Origin: Neoechinorhynchus agilis | Taxonomy: Eukaryota > Animalia > Acanthocephala | NCBI GenBank assembly: GCA_051530055.1 | Contig: CM121341.1 | Coordinates: forward strand, 9,898,784-9,962,783 | DNA length: 64,000 nucleotides | Direction: 5' to 3' | Shown here: positions 48,800 through 61,989 of the stretch, piece after piece | Position numbering within the stretch: the first letter of the stretch is position 1 | Layout of the letters: each line of letters opens with the position of its first letter | Program-made: the position numbers and the translations under genes | Notes under the pieces: generated by a model | The model's database searches: none | What the model was told of the DNA's origin: nothing | Seen by the model: only the letters and a program-made list of their open reading frames with translations

Positions 48800-49530
48800 A
48801 TATGGAACCCCATGCTTCCTCTAACCGACGTCATGAAACCATTGCCCGTAACGCGTGTTACTTGTACGCCCAAAATAAGATAAATTGTTATTTTCCTCCT
48901 CTTCCATTGTCCATTTTGGTGGCAGTTATTCAGCTCTTTGACAAGTTGTATCCGTGAACTCCTATTGGGATCTAGGATAATGAACGTATCATCCACATAT
49001 CTTAGCCAGAGTGGAGACAATGGACTTCCCATCGCCAGCCCATCCACCTGGTCAAAATTTTCATTTTCAAACACAAAGTTTGAATATTGTGTACAAAATC
49101 GAAGTAGCTGTGGCCAATTAACAGCTGAGATCTTCCATTCTGAACAGTTTTTAACCAACAAGTTTATGGCTAGCTCAATTACCTCTTTCACCGGTATCTT
49201 AGTAAATAAGGACGTAACATCTGCAGAAACCATGAGACCAGATTCGTTTGCATTCATCTTATTCAATCGATCAATGAAATCTACTCCCGATTCAACCACA
49301 TGATTTGATGGGGGTAGAAGCTGTTTAAGAAAACTCGCTAATTTCCTCGATGACTTATAATTATAGGAAGAGTTTGCAGCGATGATCGGTCGTGCTTTGA
49401 TGGATATTTTGTGGATCTTTGCCAATAAATACATTTTCGGCGTCTTTGCATTCACAGATCGTATTCTTTTATACTAATTACACGTCAGTTTAAAAATTTT
49501 GCCTTATTAACTGTCATTAAAAAAAACCAA
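48800..49530 (-). mobile_element. Penelope-like RT fragment with a deletion between motifs B and C
   Basis: LAKIHK..RPII, SADVTSLFTKIP, GLAMGSPLSP joined directly to LWLRYVDD. Confidence 0.88.
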
Positions 49531-51856
49531 TATCCGCAGATGGTGTTCAATAGGTTCTACGAAGCTTGGAACATCTTTCCAGGAGCTCACTTTACAAATC
49601 AATATTGTTCATGTTCATCAATCTCGCATAGAGTTGAATCGTCAGATAATGCCGAGTTTCTGCACTGGTTTCCATCATTCGCAAAATATATAAAATCGCA
49701 ATTTCACCTGAACAAAGTGTTTCGTACAAGATTGAAAGGAACTGCCTAGAGGGTTATTATCGATTAGATGGCCTAGTAACAGAGAAATCTTAGAAAATTC
49801 ATGTCGAAAAAAAGATGTTGTTGCTAAAGATTGGTACAGGTCAGTATAATACTTTGACTGCGTGGGGGGCATGATATAACTTCTCGAGCTGTTCATTATC
49901 CGTATCTTGAAAGGTCAATAAACTTCCCAAAGCAAATCGCGATTATCTTTTAGGCGACAGTCGATGTAGCTGAATCATTCAGTGACCAATCATATGGAAT
50001 CTGAATACCCAATAGTTTTAGAATCGATATTTTATTACATCCTAAACATATGAATGTAATAAAATAAGTGCACGAAGGTAAAAAGAGTTCATTTTTCTTG
50101 CCGGAATTCATCCGCCATTCAACATAGAAATTACGGCATTAGGCACCTTTAACGGATTCAAGTGTCAGCCATCGCTCAACCTTACATTCAATACTCCGAG
50201 TACAAAAGGAGGCAATCCACTAAGGTCGAGATCGCTCCAAATGAATATAAGCGACTGAAACAGAAAAATTCGTAAATTGCACAAAAGCTTGAAAACTTTC
50301 CGAAAATAATCGAAGCACTAAAAGAGCAAACGGAATTGCTTAACAAACAAATAGAGCACCAAAGAAATCAATTCAGCAATTTGGGAAATAACTCTTCCTT
50401 TAACACTAATTCCAAAATAGTACTTTCAACAAAATTTAACAGTCGCGATGAACAAAGAGGTGAAGCTAAAGAACTCCGATGCTTTAAGCGTATCGAGAAG
50501 TTGTTTGTAACGATATAAATGATTGGGGTCTTACAAAACTTCAAATTTTCGATTGCCGCCCACAGTCTGTCTAAATGTTTGAATGGCTATAAAAGATGAA
50601 GAAATTTCAATTTTAACTTTTCAAGAAACTGGAGTTCCTGCTCTTATTGATTCTAGTAAAATCGATGGTTTGATTTTTTACCTTTGCGGCTACCAAGTAA
50701 TACTTTAATGGCCGTAAGATTTTCAGGTGGGCTGATGAATGTCTTTTATAGATATAAACAGTTAGGGAAAGTCTCTTTTTTGGTTAAAAATCACATAACA
50801 AAGAAAGCGTAACATTTCGGGTCATGATTTTATCCTCTTTATTCATAATGGGCAAAATTAGAAAGACAGAATTATTTTTAATCAGTAGTAGTTAATCGAT
50901 TTCAACAAATAAATATCTAGATTCCTAGATCTAATCAAGAAATGTAAGCCTGCAGGCAGTACCAAAGCAGAATTTTAACCGTATCCTCCAATTATTAAGC
51001 GACGAAATGTTTTATAAAAAGAGACACTCTTATTGAGTAGCTAATCTATTCTACACACTTGGTATTCTGTCGAATTAAATAAATAACATCAAACAATCAA
51101 AACTTTATAAATCTTTTTTTTTGAAAAATTTGTCACAATCAACTGAAAATGGACTTGAGAAAGCGTTAATTTTTATTATAAAGTAGAGTTCGTAAAGTTT
51201 CTTTATTTTTAATCATTGGAAAATATTCACTCCCGATATAATAGTTACGATCAATCAGATGTTCTTAATATACTTTAAAACGGCCTTTCTCCCAATCGAT
51301 TTAACTACGTAATTTCTATCAGGTAATCGCGATCTAAAACATTGAATTTATGGAACCACTGCCATTTTCTTAAAAGATAAACCTGAGGGTTGTACTTTAA
51401 GTTCTAAAAAATATTGGAAATTGTATCGCTGGCATTTATATTCAAGGTTTTGCCTGATATTATGAATGCTTAATACTGATTGCTTTTTGTACGAGCAACG
51501 AGGAGGCCAATGCGCAATAAGATTTCATCGAACGTTCTAGAGTCCTTACGGTACTCACTTTTTTGTGAAGAAGCTTTCTATTTTTGTTTCAAAATGTAAA
51601 TGTTCGCATTGCCGCTTGCAATTCAATAATGAAGTATTTTCGACTACAAAGAATGTTCTTGAACTCTAAAAAAATAGATATATAAATACGTGCTGATTTT
51701 AGACCAATTCTCGGCTAATTATGAAGTTTTGTGCGTGGACAACTTGAGATCGTGCGAATATTGCGGTTGATCTTTATTAATAAACAATCTTTAACACAAC
51801 CATCAAATACATTAGCAGAAGTTTGTACTCGTACAGTCTCATTTCGATCGTTTGAA

Positions 51857-52735
51857 TCAGTGGAATTTCAGAGGAAATGCACCTGAGATTCTATGAATTA
51901 TAGAGCGTATCCTGAGGAAAATCATTTGGCCGAGTCTCGCTGTTTGGTATTTGCAAGCACGATAATATGTTTGGAATGATGGTTTGTTTGATCCAGGAAA
52001 TAACCACTGAACAGCATTTTCGATGAAGCTCTTGCACTTAATGGCAGTTGCCGATACAACCATCGACCGTTCTTTGTATCTTATCTCCATCTCGAGATCT
52101 TGACTCGTCTCGTGCATAAAATTTGATAGCTGGTCATTTTCAGTTTGAATCGCATGGTACGGAACCTTCATCGAAGTATAAGTCTTTTCGAATTCCTTGA
52201 TCCAAGTATTTAGGAGATCAATCTGACGATCTTTTCTAGCCAACATTCGTTCAACTTCACCAGTATGTACATTCAAGTCATCGATTTCCACTTCAAGTTG
52301 CTGAGTCTGATTTTTTTCCTTCGTGAGCAATTCTCTCAAGTTATTATTTAAAACTTCCATGTCATCGATTTCATTTTTAAGCTTTGATAACATCACTGTA
52401 ACTCGAGATTTTGTTTCGCGAGCCTTATTTTTACACTTGTTTTTATTTTCCTCCACGCGTTGTTCCATCATTGTACGATATTTACGCAAATTCAGTCTAA
52501 TTTGATTTATTTCATCTTTTACGATTTCGTCTTTATTCCGATATATTTCCAACTCTTTCTGACACTTCACAATATCCGTTTGTAAATCTATAACAAGTTC
52601 AGTTATTGGTTGTCTTTCTAACTCGCTGTGAGTTTCCGCTATTTGACTCTCTGATAATGAATTGATCATTGGACTATCAAGCACAGGTTCGTCTTCGATT
52701 TCAATCGTTTGTTCAACTTGCTTTGGATTGCTCAT
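51857..52735 (-). CDS. Coiled-coil protein of unknown function (292 aa), full-length copy
   Basis: Uninterrupted ATG ORF with heptad-like E/K/L-rich middle; lies within the inverted duplicate 52136-53356 of 16216-17435. Confidence 0.75.
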   Translation of the reverse strand: MSNPKQVEQTIEIEDEPVLDSPMINSLSESQIAETHSELERQPITELVIDLQTDIVKCQKELEIYRNKDEIVKDEINQIRLNLRKYRTMMEQRVEENKNKCKNKARETKSRVTVMLSKLKNEIDDMEVLNNNLRELLTKEKNQTQQLEVEIDDLNVHTGEVERMLARKDRQIDLLNTWIKEFEKTYTSMKVPYHAIQTENDQLSNFMHETSQDLEMEIRYKERSMVVSATAIKCKSFIENAVQWLFPGSNKPSFQTYYRACKYQTARLGQMIFLRIRSIIHRISGAFPLKFH

Positions 52736-53301
52736 TTCGCTTTATTGTTGTACGTTTTTTTAACACACTAAGCGTGCTGAATCGGATTGGCCATATCAGA
52801 GTTCTAGTGAAATTTGGTAAATAAATTACTGGTTATTATGCCCTAACGAGCGTGCTTTTGAAAGCAAGTGAAAATCGATTTTATGGATATTTTCGTAAAC
52901 ATATTTTGCAATAGGTTAGGCGTGTGAGTTACTTTAAAACATAATTGAAATCTTCTTCTAAACAACAAAGAAGCATATTATTGCAATGCTGTCAAAAAAT
53001 CTCGAGTGCAGACTTTAGTGATATATTCCCCTACCAATTGTATTTTGAGCAATTAAATCTCTCTAAATTTTTGTTTCCAATTTTGTAAATTAATCGATGG
53101 AATCGCTATTGGGAATTGAAAATAAAATTAGCCCGGACTACAATAACGACAAATAAAAGTGAGGATCTACTTTTCGATCATGACAATGCGACCCTTTGCT
53201 CACCTCAGTCTCACTTCAATGAGCAATGAAAAACTTTTGAGTTTTAGCAAAACCTCAAAAGTTCGTTCTTAGTCGACAAAGAATGCCAAGTATCAAGCGC
53301 G

Positions 53302-53356
53302 ATGTTTCCTGAATACACTCTTTATTACTTTGATCTCGAAGGACGAGCTGAAGTTA
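53302..53356 (+). pseudogene. GST 5' stub (first 18 codons)
   Basis: MFPEYTLYYFDLEGRAEV is identical to the start of 15614..16270, then unrelated sequence follows. Confidence 0.9.
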
Positions 53357-54039
53357 CACACAAAATATTTTTGACGGAGGTACAAGCTACAGTCCAAGTG
53401 GATGGGCCATATGGCGGACTGGGCTCTCTGGGTTCAAAGATGGACACAAATGGAAGAGGAGTACGCGAGACGCAAGATGTTAGAAGCGCTGGAACAATTG
53501 GGTGGACTTGATAACCCAAGTTTATCCCAAATGTTGACAAAGGGTCATTGTGAGCAATTCGGCATTAAGGCTACTCCATATTTACTAGATTCTATCTCTG
53601 ATTTTAAAATGGGTAAAACAATGGATCTATGTCGAATGATAAACAGTTCTCCAGAACATGTAATTGCATCAACTCTGCCCTTTATCGAGGTCACGGATAA
53701 TTTGTTAAAGCTCTGTGTAAGCTTAAAAGCCTATTGGAACACTGTCTCAATACCAACTTAGAAATCTTCCAATTACAATTAGCAATAGAATCTATAGGTA
53801 GCAAAATTGACCAAAATCCAGTTCATTAATCGATGGATTATACCATTACCAACAAATTGCAGTTCATTTCCACGACTAAGATGAACAGTAGGAATTCCAT
53901 AACATCATTGGGTATGGATTTTTAATGGACTTACAAAATTCCAACAATCCAATCGATGCATCGCCAAAATCACTTTCACTTGGTAACACTGTCCAATCTC
54001 TTCACTTTTAAAAGCAAGACCACCAACTTTATTCGTGGT

Positions 54040-57000
54040 GCTTTGTGGTAGTAGTCATTGCCCTACAAGACCTACTTAACAAGAGCAGAAGTAGTGACCT
54101 CTTTACCTCTCTTAAGGGGCCGCGATGCTCTGGGATCGATCTGATTGAACGTTTGTTGTCTTAATTTTTTCTTTGAAGGATAATTCAACGATGCCACCAC
54201 CGCCGTCAACGATGCCACCACCGCCGTCCCCTTGCTCCGCTCCGGCCGAAATCGATCAGACGACCAACCCCACATCAATCACCAGCACCGCTTCCTCTAC
54301 GCTAGGCGACGAAGTACCGACCACCCCGAAGTCACCGCCCAAAGCCAAGCAATCAGACGATGGATATTGCGACGGATCAGATTCATCTCCCAGCCCTATA
54401 CCTCCAAGAAGGCTCAGGACGATCTCAGCATAGGATAGGTTTTTCCGAATTTCCAAATTTCATCACAATGTGTTCAAATCGCCTACAATCGACGCTGGTG
54501 ACGCAGATAATTTGAACGCGCCACTCATCGATCATGGTCAACCTGAGAAGACCAACGCTGCCGGGCTCCCACGCGTCTCTACTGGTTTGTGTCCGGTTTG
54601 CGGTAAGTCTTTTAAATTAACTAATCTGGGGTTTTTGTTCGTCCATGGTCCCCGGGATCTCCGCTGTAGTGGGTCTGGTTCTCCACCACAATTAACCGAA
54701 CCTTTTGTGCCTGAGACCCCTCAGATCACCACTGATTCTATTTCGATACCTGATATCGTGCGGTTTCTGCCCAGGAACGTCCTGAAACGGATCCCTAAAG
54801 GCGCGCGATATCTGGTCGCCAAAGCATTTTCGGGATTGGTCAACGATTGCCTGCAAACGAACTGTGCGCCATCATGGACACGGCTCTTCGCTTTCCCGCG
54901 CTTAGTCCTCTGCACCAGCGGTGATTCTGGGGTGTCTTTGACATCAACAATCAAGGAAAGGTTAGCCTCCTTTGAACAAATATTCAACGATTTTGAAAGG
55001 AATCTCCGCGAGGTTCGTAATCGACGCACGAAGGAAGTTTCGCTGCCGTTTTTCAAAACGGACACTGACTGAGCGTGTCTCTTCGAAGCTTGCGGACGGG
55101 GATGTTCGGGGGGCTGTTCGGTTATTGTCATCCTCCGACAGTTTCGCAAAAGGAGACAGCGAGACGCTACAAATACTCCAGTCGAAGCACCCATGTAGTA
55201 GCGGAAGTTTTGAAATTCCATCTCCTCCCAATTGTCCACTCGCTCCGAAACTTTGCTACGAGAAGCTCAGAGTCGTGCGTGATTCTTAAGTGCGATTTTC
55301 GGAACGCCTTTAACTCTCTCAATTAGGGATCACGCACCAGAAGCCTTCCAGTATTTTCTCAATGCCTACGGAACCGCGACTCCTTTGCTTTTCGAAGACC
55401 ACCTAATTTGGTCCGAAAGAGGAGTGCAGCAAGGAGATCCCCTCAGTCCAATCGCATTCTCCCTAACAGTAAATCCAATAGCGCATTCTCTCCATTCCAG
55501 CTTCAACGCTTGGTACTTGGATGACGCTACGCTCGGATGTGATCCCTCCGTTGTACTGCGCGATCTGGAGACGCTGATTAGGGAGACCTCGAAGATGGGC
55601 ATTGAGCTTAATGCTGGAAAATGTGAGCTCCTTGTACTGAATATTGGAGACGCCGCCAAAGTCAAAGAACTAATGGCTGGGTTCGAGGCCGCAGCTCCAG
55701 GCCTGAAACTCGTGACTCGGGAACAACTCAACCTCCTGGGCAGTTGCGTCTTCGATTAGAATGTGGAAGATGAGATCGGCCATATCATACCGAAACGTTC
55801 GTTGCTGTGCTATAGAGTGTGCGCTCTCTCGGCTCATGAACCCTTGTTTCTCATAAAGAACGCGCTCTTCATCCCCAAATTATTGTACAAGGTTCGCACA
55901 GCAACATTTTTCAAACATAAGGAAGGATTGGCTAAGCTCGACGGCAAGGTGAGGGCTTGTCTCGAGCGTATTTTTAATGTCCAGCTCTCAGATGAGGCGT
56001 GGCGACAAGCTTCTTTGCCTGTGTCATCTGGGGGATTGGGAATTCGGGCACTAGTGGACCTTGCTTTGCCGGCCTTTCTTGGATCGTTTGAGGGGAGCCT
56101 ACCAGTCTCGAAGAACATTTTGAAGGAAAAGTTCTGTCTTGGCCGGGATTTCGTGGTTGCGGTTGAGGAATGGTGCCAGCAGACAGGCGCTAACCATGTT
56201 CCCGTGAATGGCCTCAGACAGTCGATCTGGGACGGACCTCTTGTCGCGAGAGCTCACAGCTCTCTACTTTCCGGTTCTCGCGATGGGGTCGTCCGAGCTA
56301 GACTGTTGGCAGTTTCAACACGAGAATCTGGGGCGTGGTTGGAGGCTGTTCCTCTGGCATCAGTGGGAACTCTTCTTACTGACGAGGTAACGAGGATCGC
56401 AATATCCTTAAGACTTGGTTTCCCGGTATGCACGCCCCATCGCTGTCGATGTGGGTCTTTGGTTGATGCTTTCGGGCGACACGGTCTCGTCTGCAGAAGG
56501 TCAGCAGTAAGGTTCTCACGCCATTCTGAAATCAATAACACAATTTCTCGGGCGTTGAGAACGGCGAACTTGCCGAACATCCTGGAACCCGCCCACCTTT
56601 GTGGAATAGACGACCGTAGGCCCGATGGAATTTCGGTCTTCCCGTGGCGGTAGAGCAAATGCCTTCTCTGGGACGCCACGTGTGTGGATACCCTCGCAGC
56701 CAGCAACATCCCCTACTCCCTCGAAATCGCCGGTGGTGCCGCCAGTGCAGGGGAAGGGAGGAAAATACGGAAATATCTTCACTTACCGAGGGCTCACTAT
56801 TTTGTCCCCTTTGGGGTAGAGACGTATGGAGCGCTCGGCAGCTCGGCACTCTCTCTGCTCCAGGATCTCTCGAAGAAATTGAGAGAGGCAACCGGAGACT
56901 CAAGAGCAGGCGTATTCCTTCGACAAAATATCTCGCTAGCAGTACAACGGGGCAATGCTGCCAGCGTGATGGCGACGGTCGAGGAAGGACAAAAGCTGGA

Positions 57001-57060
57001 ATTCGGCGGGAGGTGGTGAGTGTGTTAATTGTCGAGAAATGAAGATTGATTGAATACATT
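54040..57060 (+). mobile_element. Near full-length CRE-type RLE retrotransposon, inactivated
   Basis: Zn finger CPVC..VHG..C, KRIPKGAR, KCDFRNAFN, GVQQGDPL, WYLDD, CCHC knuckle, RPDG. Stops at 55072 and 56653; RT domains 1-2 deleted near 55230. Confidence 0.9.
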
Positions 57061-58586
57061 TATCGTTATTGACAAAAAAATCTTTTTAAAAAATCAAAGC
57101 ATTAGAAAAAAAACTAACAATTATCAGCCAATAATGGATTTATTCACTAAAAATTATAATGATTACATTGGGAATAGCAATGGTTATGATCAAAATGACC
57201 ACGGTAATGAGTTTAGTTAAGAAAATGTTCATCAAAACAATGAGACTATCCAATAACCGACTATTCACTAAATTCTCCTAATATTGATTGTATAATCGTC
57301 AAACGGGACGGGTTCGATCATACATCGGACCACTGAAATCCGCTGTGACGTCAAAATGAGATCCAAGCCTTGACCAAACTCGGATGTAGGTGGCGCTAAT
57401 TGCGGTTTTCTCTCATCTTTTCAATTCAACTAGTGACTGTTGCCTTAAATTGTATAATTTTATGTTAAAATAATTGGCGGACCGAATTTGGTCCGCGGTC
57501 AGTAGTTTGCCGAAAGTACAAAATTCGGACACATTACCTGACTATCTCCCTGGGCTAAGATATTAACGACAGCATTTCCATTTTTTTACACACTAGACAA
57601 TAGGCTAATAATACACCAGTCCTTTTTGTGTCCTCTTCTGAATTAAAACAGGTTCTAGACTCCATCAATCAGAACATTTGCTCTGACTCCAATTACAACC
57701 ATTGCTCCACATCAGAATGCACGCAATCTTTCACATCAGCGTCTGAAACTTTTGTCAATTCGAAGATACTCCCCTTAGTTTCGTCATACGAAGTACTACA
57801 GCATCTCAAGAAATTACCTCGAAATTCGTGCTCTTCATCCGAAATCCAAAACTGGGCTCTTCGCTGCATCAATGTATACGAGATCGCACGGTACGATTTG
57901 GTGACACTCGTGGAAATGTTCATGCTGAGGGTCGCAAAAGTTATCACGTGATTCATAATGTACAAGGCGAAGAATCGCGCTAGCCAGTCGGTCGTGTTGA
58001 ACGGCGAACACAACATCGAAGCAACATGAAAGGTTTTTCCTAATGGACCGTGTCAACCCAGTACCAACAACGCTCTGGATAGTTTGGATGTTGTTACATC
58101 TAAAGTACCAGTTTCAGGCATAGGTGAAAGACCATTGCACGGTGCAAAGGCCTCTTGCGCCGCTTACAGTTGAATGTACAGAGACGAACATTTTGAATTC
58201 TCGGCCTATTCGCACCAGATTGTATCGTGTATGTTCCTCATCGCATCGTTCAGCGGTCGAAATTGCAATCCAGTGATCATTCAGGATGTCTCGGCTCCAC
58301 ACTCGACTACCTTCACAGTTGCAAAAGCTTACGATTTCGTACTAACCTGTTTGAACTCTCCGAATTAGCATCCAAGATAATCCTTTTCTATAGTCTATGG
58401 CCTCGCTACTTCGAGAGCATCGATTTCAATTTGATCAGTCTTTTTTGGACAAAATTTACGGTACTTATTTGGACTACCTTCGATGTGGAAACGAAAGAGA
58501 TCATCCGTCCCTCACAGCGGCAGCAAAATCCTTTGGCCCAAATATTATCTAGCTAAAAAAGTGGGGCAGAATGAGCCTAAACGCGG

Positions 58587-58877
58587 TTGCTTTTCACGAC
58601 TCGGAGAATTCTGGCGAGCCTTCTTGATCAGAAAAATTACTACGAGTCAATTATGAAATACGTAACCGACACATCACTGAACGAATTAATAGATCATATG
58701 AGAAAAGGTAGTATTGTATCTGACATGCTGGTGCTGTGGGCTGCCTCCAAAGTGTACAACTGCAACTTCGAGGTCCACAGATCCGATGGTCAACTGCTCG
58801 TCATACAGCTACTGACTGCTATTCCAAGTGGCTCTAAGACTCAAATCTTCTTCGCTGCGTACGTAGCTGTGCCATAA
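58587..58877 (+). pseudogene. OTU-like cysteine protease C-terminal fragment
   Basis: HMRKGSIVSDMLVLWAASKVYNCNFEV...FAAYVAVP follows the OTU pattern M.k..wg..lel.Aas..y..i.V...HY.av.P; no catalytic Cys or His seen. Confidence 0.4.
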
Positions 58878-60373
58878 ACCGACACTAAAACCGTCCAATC
58901 AATCGAAGGCGTAATCGTGCGCTTTACTTCGCAACTCCCTTGTCACACAATCTCTACGAGGTGGTCAACTGTCATCCAACGTTTTGTAAAAGTGCACTTA
59001 ACCTAGGAGCAGAAATTTCTCTCTCGCTCCTGAGCTCGGATACAAACTATCATCTCCTGGAAAAGGATGTTTAATTCGAATAACCTCGTGCCTAGCCGAC
59101 ATTTTCAAACGTAAATCAGAAAGCATATTTCGCCTATCCCACTGAAAAATGGCCACCGGTTATACCTAAACAATCATTACAAAAATGACGGTCTAAAAAA
59201 GAATCAATCATTTCATCTCTGGAACAATGAGGTTCTACCTAACAACAAAAAAGGCCCTCACTCATTCACGACTTACTAAATTCCAAACCCACCACGAGAT
59301 CTTCACAGTCTTCACAGAGTTCATTTTCCTAAATGTTGCCACTGTGCCGATGATAACCACGTCTCGGAAAAGTGCCCGAATTCTAAAAATATTCGTTACA
59401 GGACCAAATCTTGAATTTGTTTAGCCGCGACAACGCACCTTTCCCCCCGCACCTCGATACTTGCATTTTCTAGTCCATCGAAGATATTTCTCAAGAATAG
59501 CATTCCTATGTGTTGCTCAGCTGGTAGTCTTTTTATAGATATGTTTATTTTTTCCATACTGGGCCCAATAATATGTCCTATATAGAAGACGGAAAAAATT
59601 GACTGAATCTCCTACTGCTTGGAAAAACCAATTAGGTTACCACTAAATAGAATAATGCAATTGATTATTTATTTTTGTCATTAATTGCCACAGATGGAAA
59701 ACTGTAACAAAAATAAAAATGTTAACTTAATTCGGTGTTACCGTGGATGCTAGCGGTCGACCTAAAGATTCCGGAGGCTCGAATAATTCGAGTGCACAAT
59801 AGTCCAGACGATGAGATGGGCTAGGCGATGGAAACTGATTTATAAGGATTTTTAAAAACGATTCGAAGGCTCCGTGGGAGCATGCTAGAAAATGAACAAA
59901 AACAATCATTTTCGAAGTTAAATCGCTTTTAGGAATTGCAGTTATCTGCTGATTGTCGATAATCTGCAATTCTGGAAATTGTTCAGTGATCACAAAAACA
60001 TCTCTAGGACGTTTATTAAGAAAACAAGTCTCATAAATAGAGAAATGCGAATAACTCAGGAAATATTGCAGCTATCCAAAATCTGAAAACATGTTTGGAA
60101 TAAGCTCGTCAAAAGTCATAAGCGTGTTAGATCATGAAAATTGCAATAAACAACCAATTTGATGTCTCCGTGAATCGTGCAAACGATTTTCGAAGAAATA
60201 TCGCTTTCTTATCAACGCTTAGATAATTACTTCGTCCAGCGATTCTTTTTAAATTGTCTTCAATATAAACTACGTCATTGAATTTGAACCAGCGTTAATA
60301 GTTAGGAAAGAAACGTCATGTTAATTATTGTGTATCGTACAGTTCACAGCCGGTTTTTATTAGGAAATATTCC

Positions 60374-60697
60374 ATGGCTGACGAGTCTCCGCACCAGAAG
60401 GGTTTTCCTTCGCAAATGGGCGATTCAGGCGCAAAGCAGGATGAAGTTGAGCCTTACATTAAGTTGAAGGTAATCAGTCAAGAGATCGGGGAGGTATACT
60501 TTAAAGTGAAATCGAATACTGTTTTGGGTAAACTCATGAAGTCTTATGCTGAGCGGGTTGGTTTGCCCGTTGGGACTCTACGTTTTATGTATGACGGTAA
60601 AAGGATCAACGAGGGTGAAACAGCAAGGCATTTGGGTATGGACGACGAGGATTGTATTGAAGTGTATCAAGAACAAGTTGGTGGGCACGTTGATTGA
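60374..60697 (+). CDS. SUMO: SUMO precursor, second intact copy
   Basis: Identical to 22845..23168 except CIDVY changed to CIEVY. Confidence 0.95.
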   Translation: MADESPHQKGFPSQMGDSGAKQDEVEPYIKLKVISQEIGEVYFKVKSNTVLGKLMKSYAERVGLPVGTLRFMYDGKRINEGETARHLGMDDEDCIEVYQEQVGGHVD

Positions 60698-61055
60698 GTT
60701 ACTACTCATGTTCGAGAATAAAATATTTTATCTGTTCGACTGTTCAATGAACTCACGGCTGATTTTTGGCTCAAGGCCAAGAAAGCTCTCTAAAGGGAAA
60801 AATATTTAATAGAAACCATTCTACGTTCAATTTTTGCCCCGTCTGTTTCAAACGAGACTGATCAATAATGATCTCGCTTCGCATTATGCAATAAAAAGTG
60901 GCTTTTGTTATCTCTGTTATTCAATGGTATTCGTCGATATTCTCAAGTTTGCTTGCTTTTCTGGCTAAAACATTGCGGAACAACTTGGCGATCGGAGAAC
61001 GACTTATAATGATCTTAATTATTCTTTTTTTTGTCGCCATCGGCAAAAGCAAACA

Positions 61056-61596
61056 ATATCGACGAATACCATTGAATTACAGAGATAACAAAAGCCACTT
61101 TTTATTGCATAATGCGAAGCGAGATCATTATTGATCAGTCTCGTTTGAAACAGACGGGGCAAAAATTGAACGTAGAATGGTTTCTATTAAAGATTTTTCC
61201 CTTTAGAGAGCTTTCTTGGCCTTGAGCCAAAAATCAGCCGTGAGTTCATTGAACAGTCGAACAGATAAAACATTTTATTCTCGAACATGAGTAGTAATTC
61301 AATCAACGTGTCCACCAACTTGTTCTTGATACACTTCAATACAATCCTCGTCGTCCATACCCAAATGCCTTGCTGTTTCACCCTCGTTGATCCTTTTACC
61401 GCCATACATAAAACGTAGAGTTCCAACGGGGAAACCAACCCGCTCAGCATATGACTTCATGAGTGTACGCAGAGCAATATTTGATTTCACTTTAAAGTAT
61501 AATTCCCTGCTCTGTGGGACTCAACTTCATCCTGCATTGCGCCTGAATCGCCCATTGGCGAAGAAAAGCCCTTCTGGTGTGGAGACTCATCAGCCA
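61056..61596 (-). pseudogene. SUMO: Inverted SUMO pseudogene with 3' flank, forming a fold-back with 60375-60940
   Basis: Reverse complement of the upstream SUMO gene and flank. ATG changed to TTG, a ~20-25 bp deletion in the YIKLKV region, several substitutions; 115-bp spacer. Confidence 0.9.
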
Positions 61597-61989
61597 AGAT
61601 TGATAAACGATATCATTTCTAGAATGTTACGGGAAATATGTTTCGAAGTTTCATTTGGCGGAACTTTTCCAGCATTTCGATGGAAATACCCCAAATGGCT
61701 TATACTTTCCTCATAGCTTAATTGCGTTTTTGAATAAATTTAGGTACCCTTTGTTCAATATGGCAAGACTAAATGCATTCACATTGTTTTTAATCTGTGC
61801 AAATCAAGAATCCCGTTGATTGTGCTTTTTAAGAAGCATTTTTAATTTTTTGGGACACATGTCTGAACAGCAAGGAGCTTGATTCTAATTTCTACCAAAC
61901 GACCTCTTTCTTATTCTCCTTTGAGCAACGCAATCATCAAAATAGTACCAACGTCAATTTGATGCCTGAGTCCAATTCACGATTTCCCT

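Noticed and set aside
3616-57059. Numerous antisense or alternate-frame ORFs over CRE, RTE, Gypsy and PLE sequences
   Set aside because: They are shadows of GC-richer TE coding strands with no independent motifs.
57300-57340. tRNA or SINE B-box-like GGTTCGATC
   Set aside because: No A-box, acceptor stem or cloverleaf could be built.
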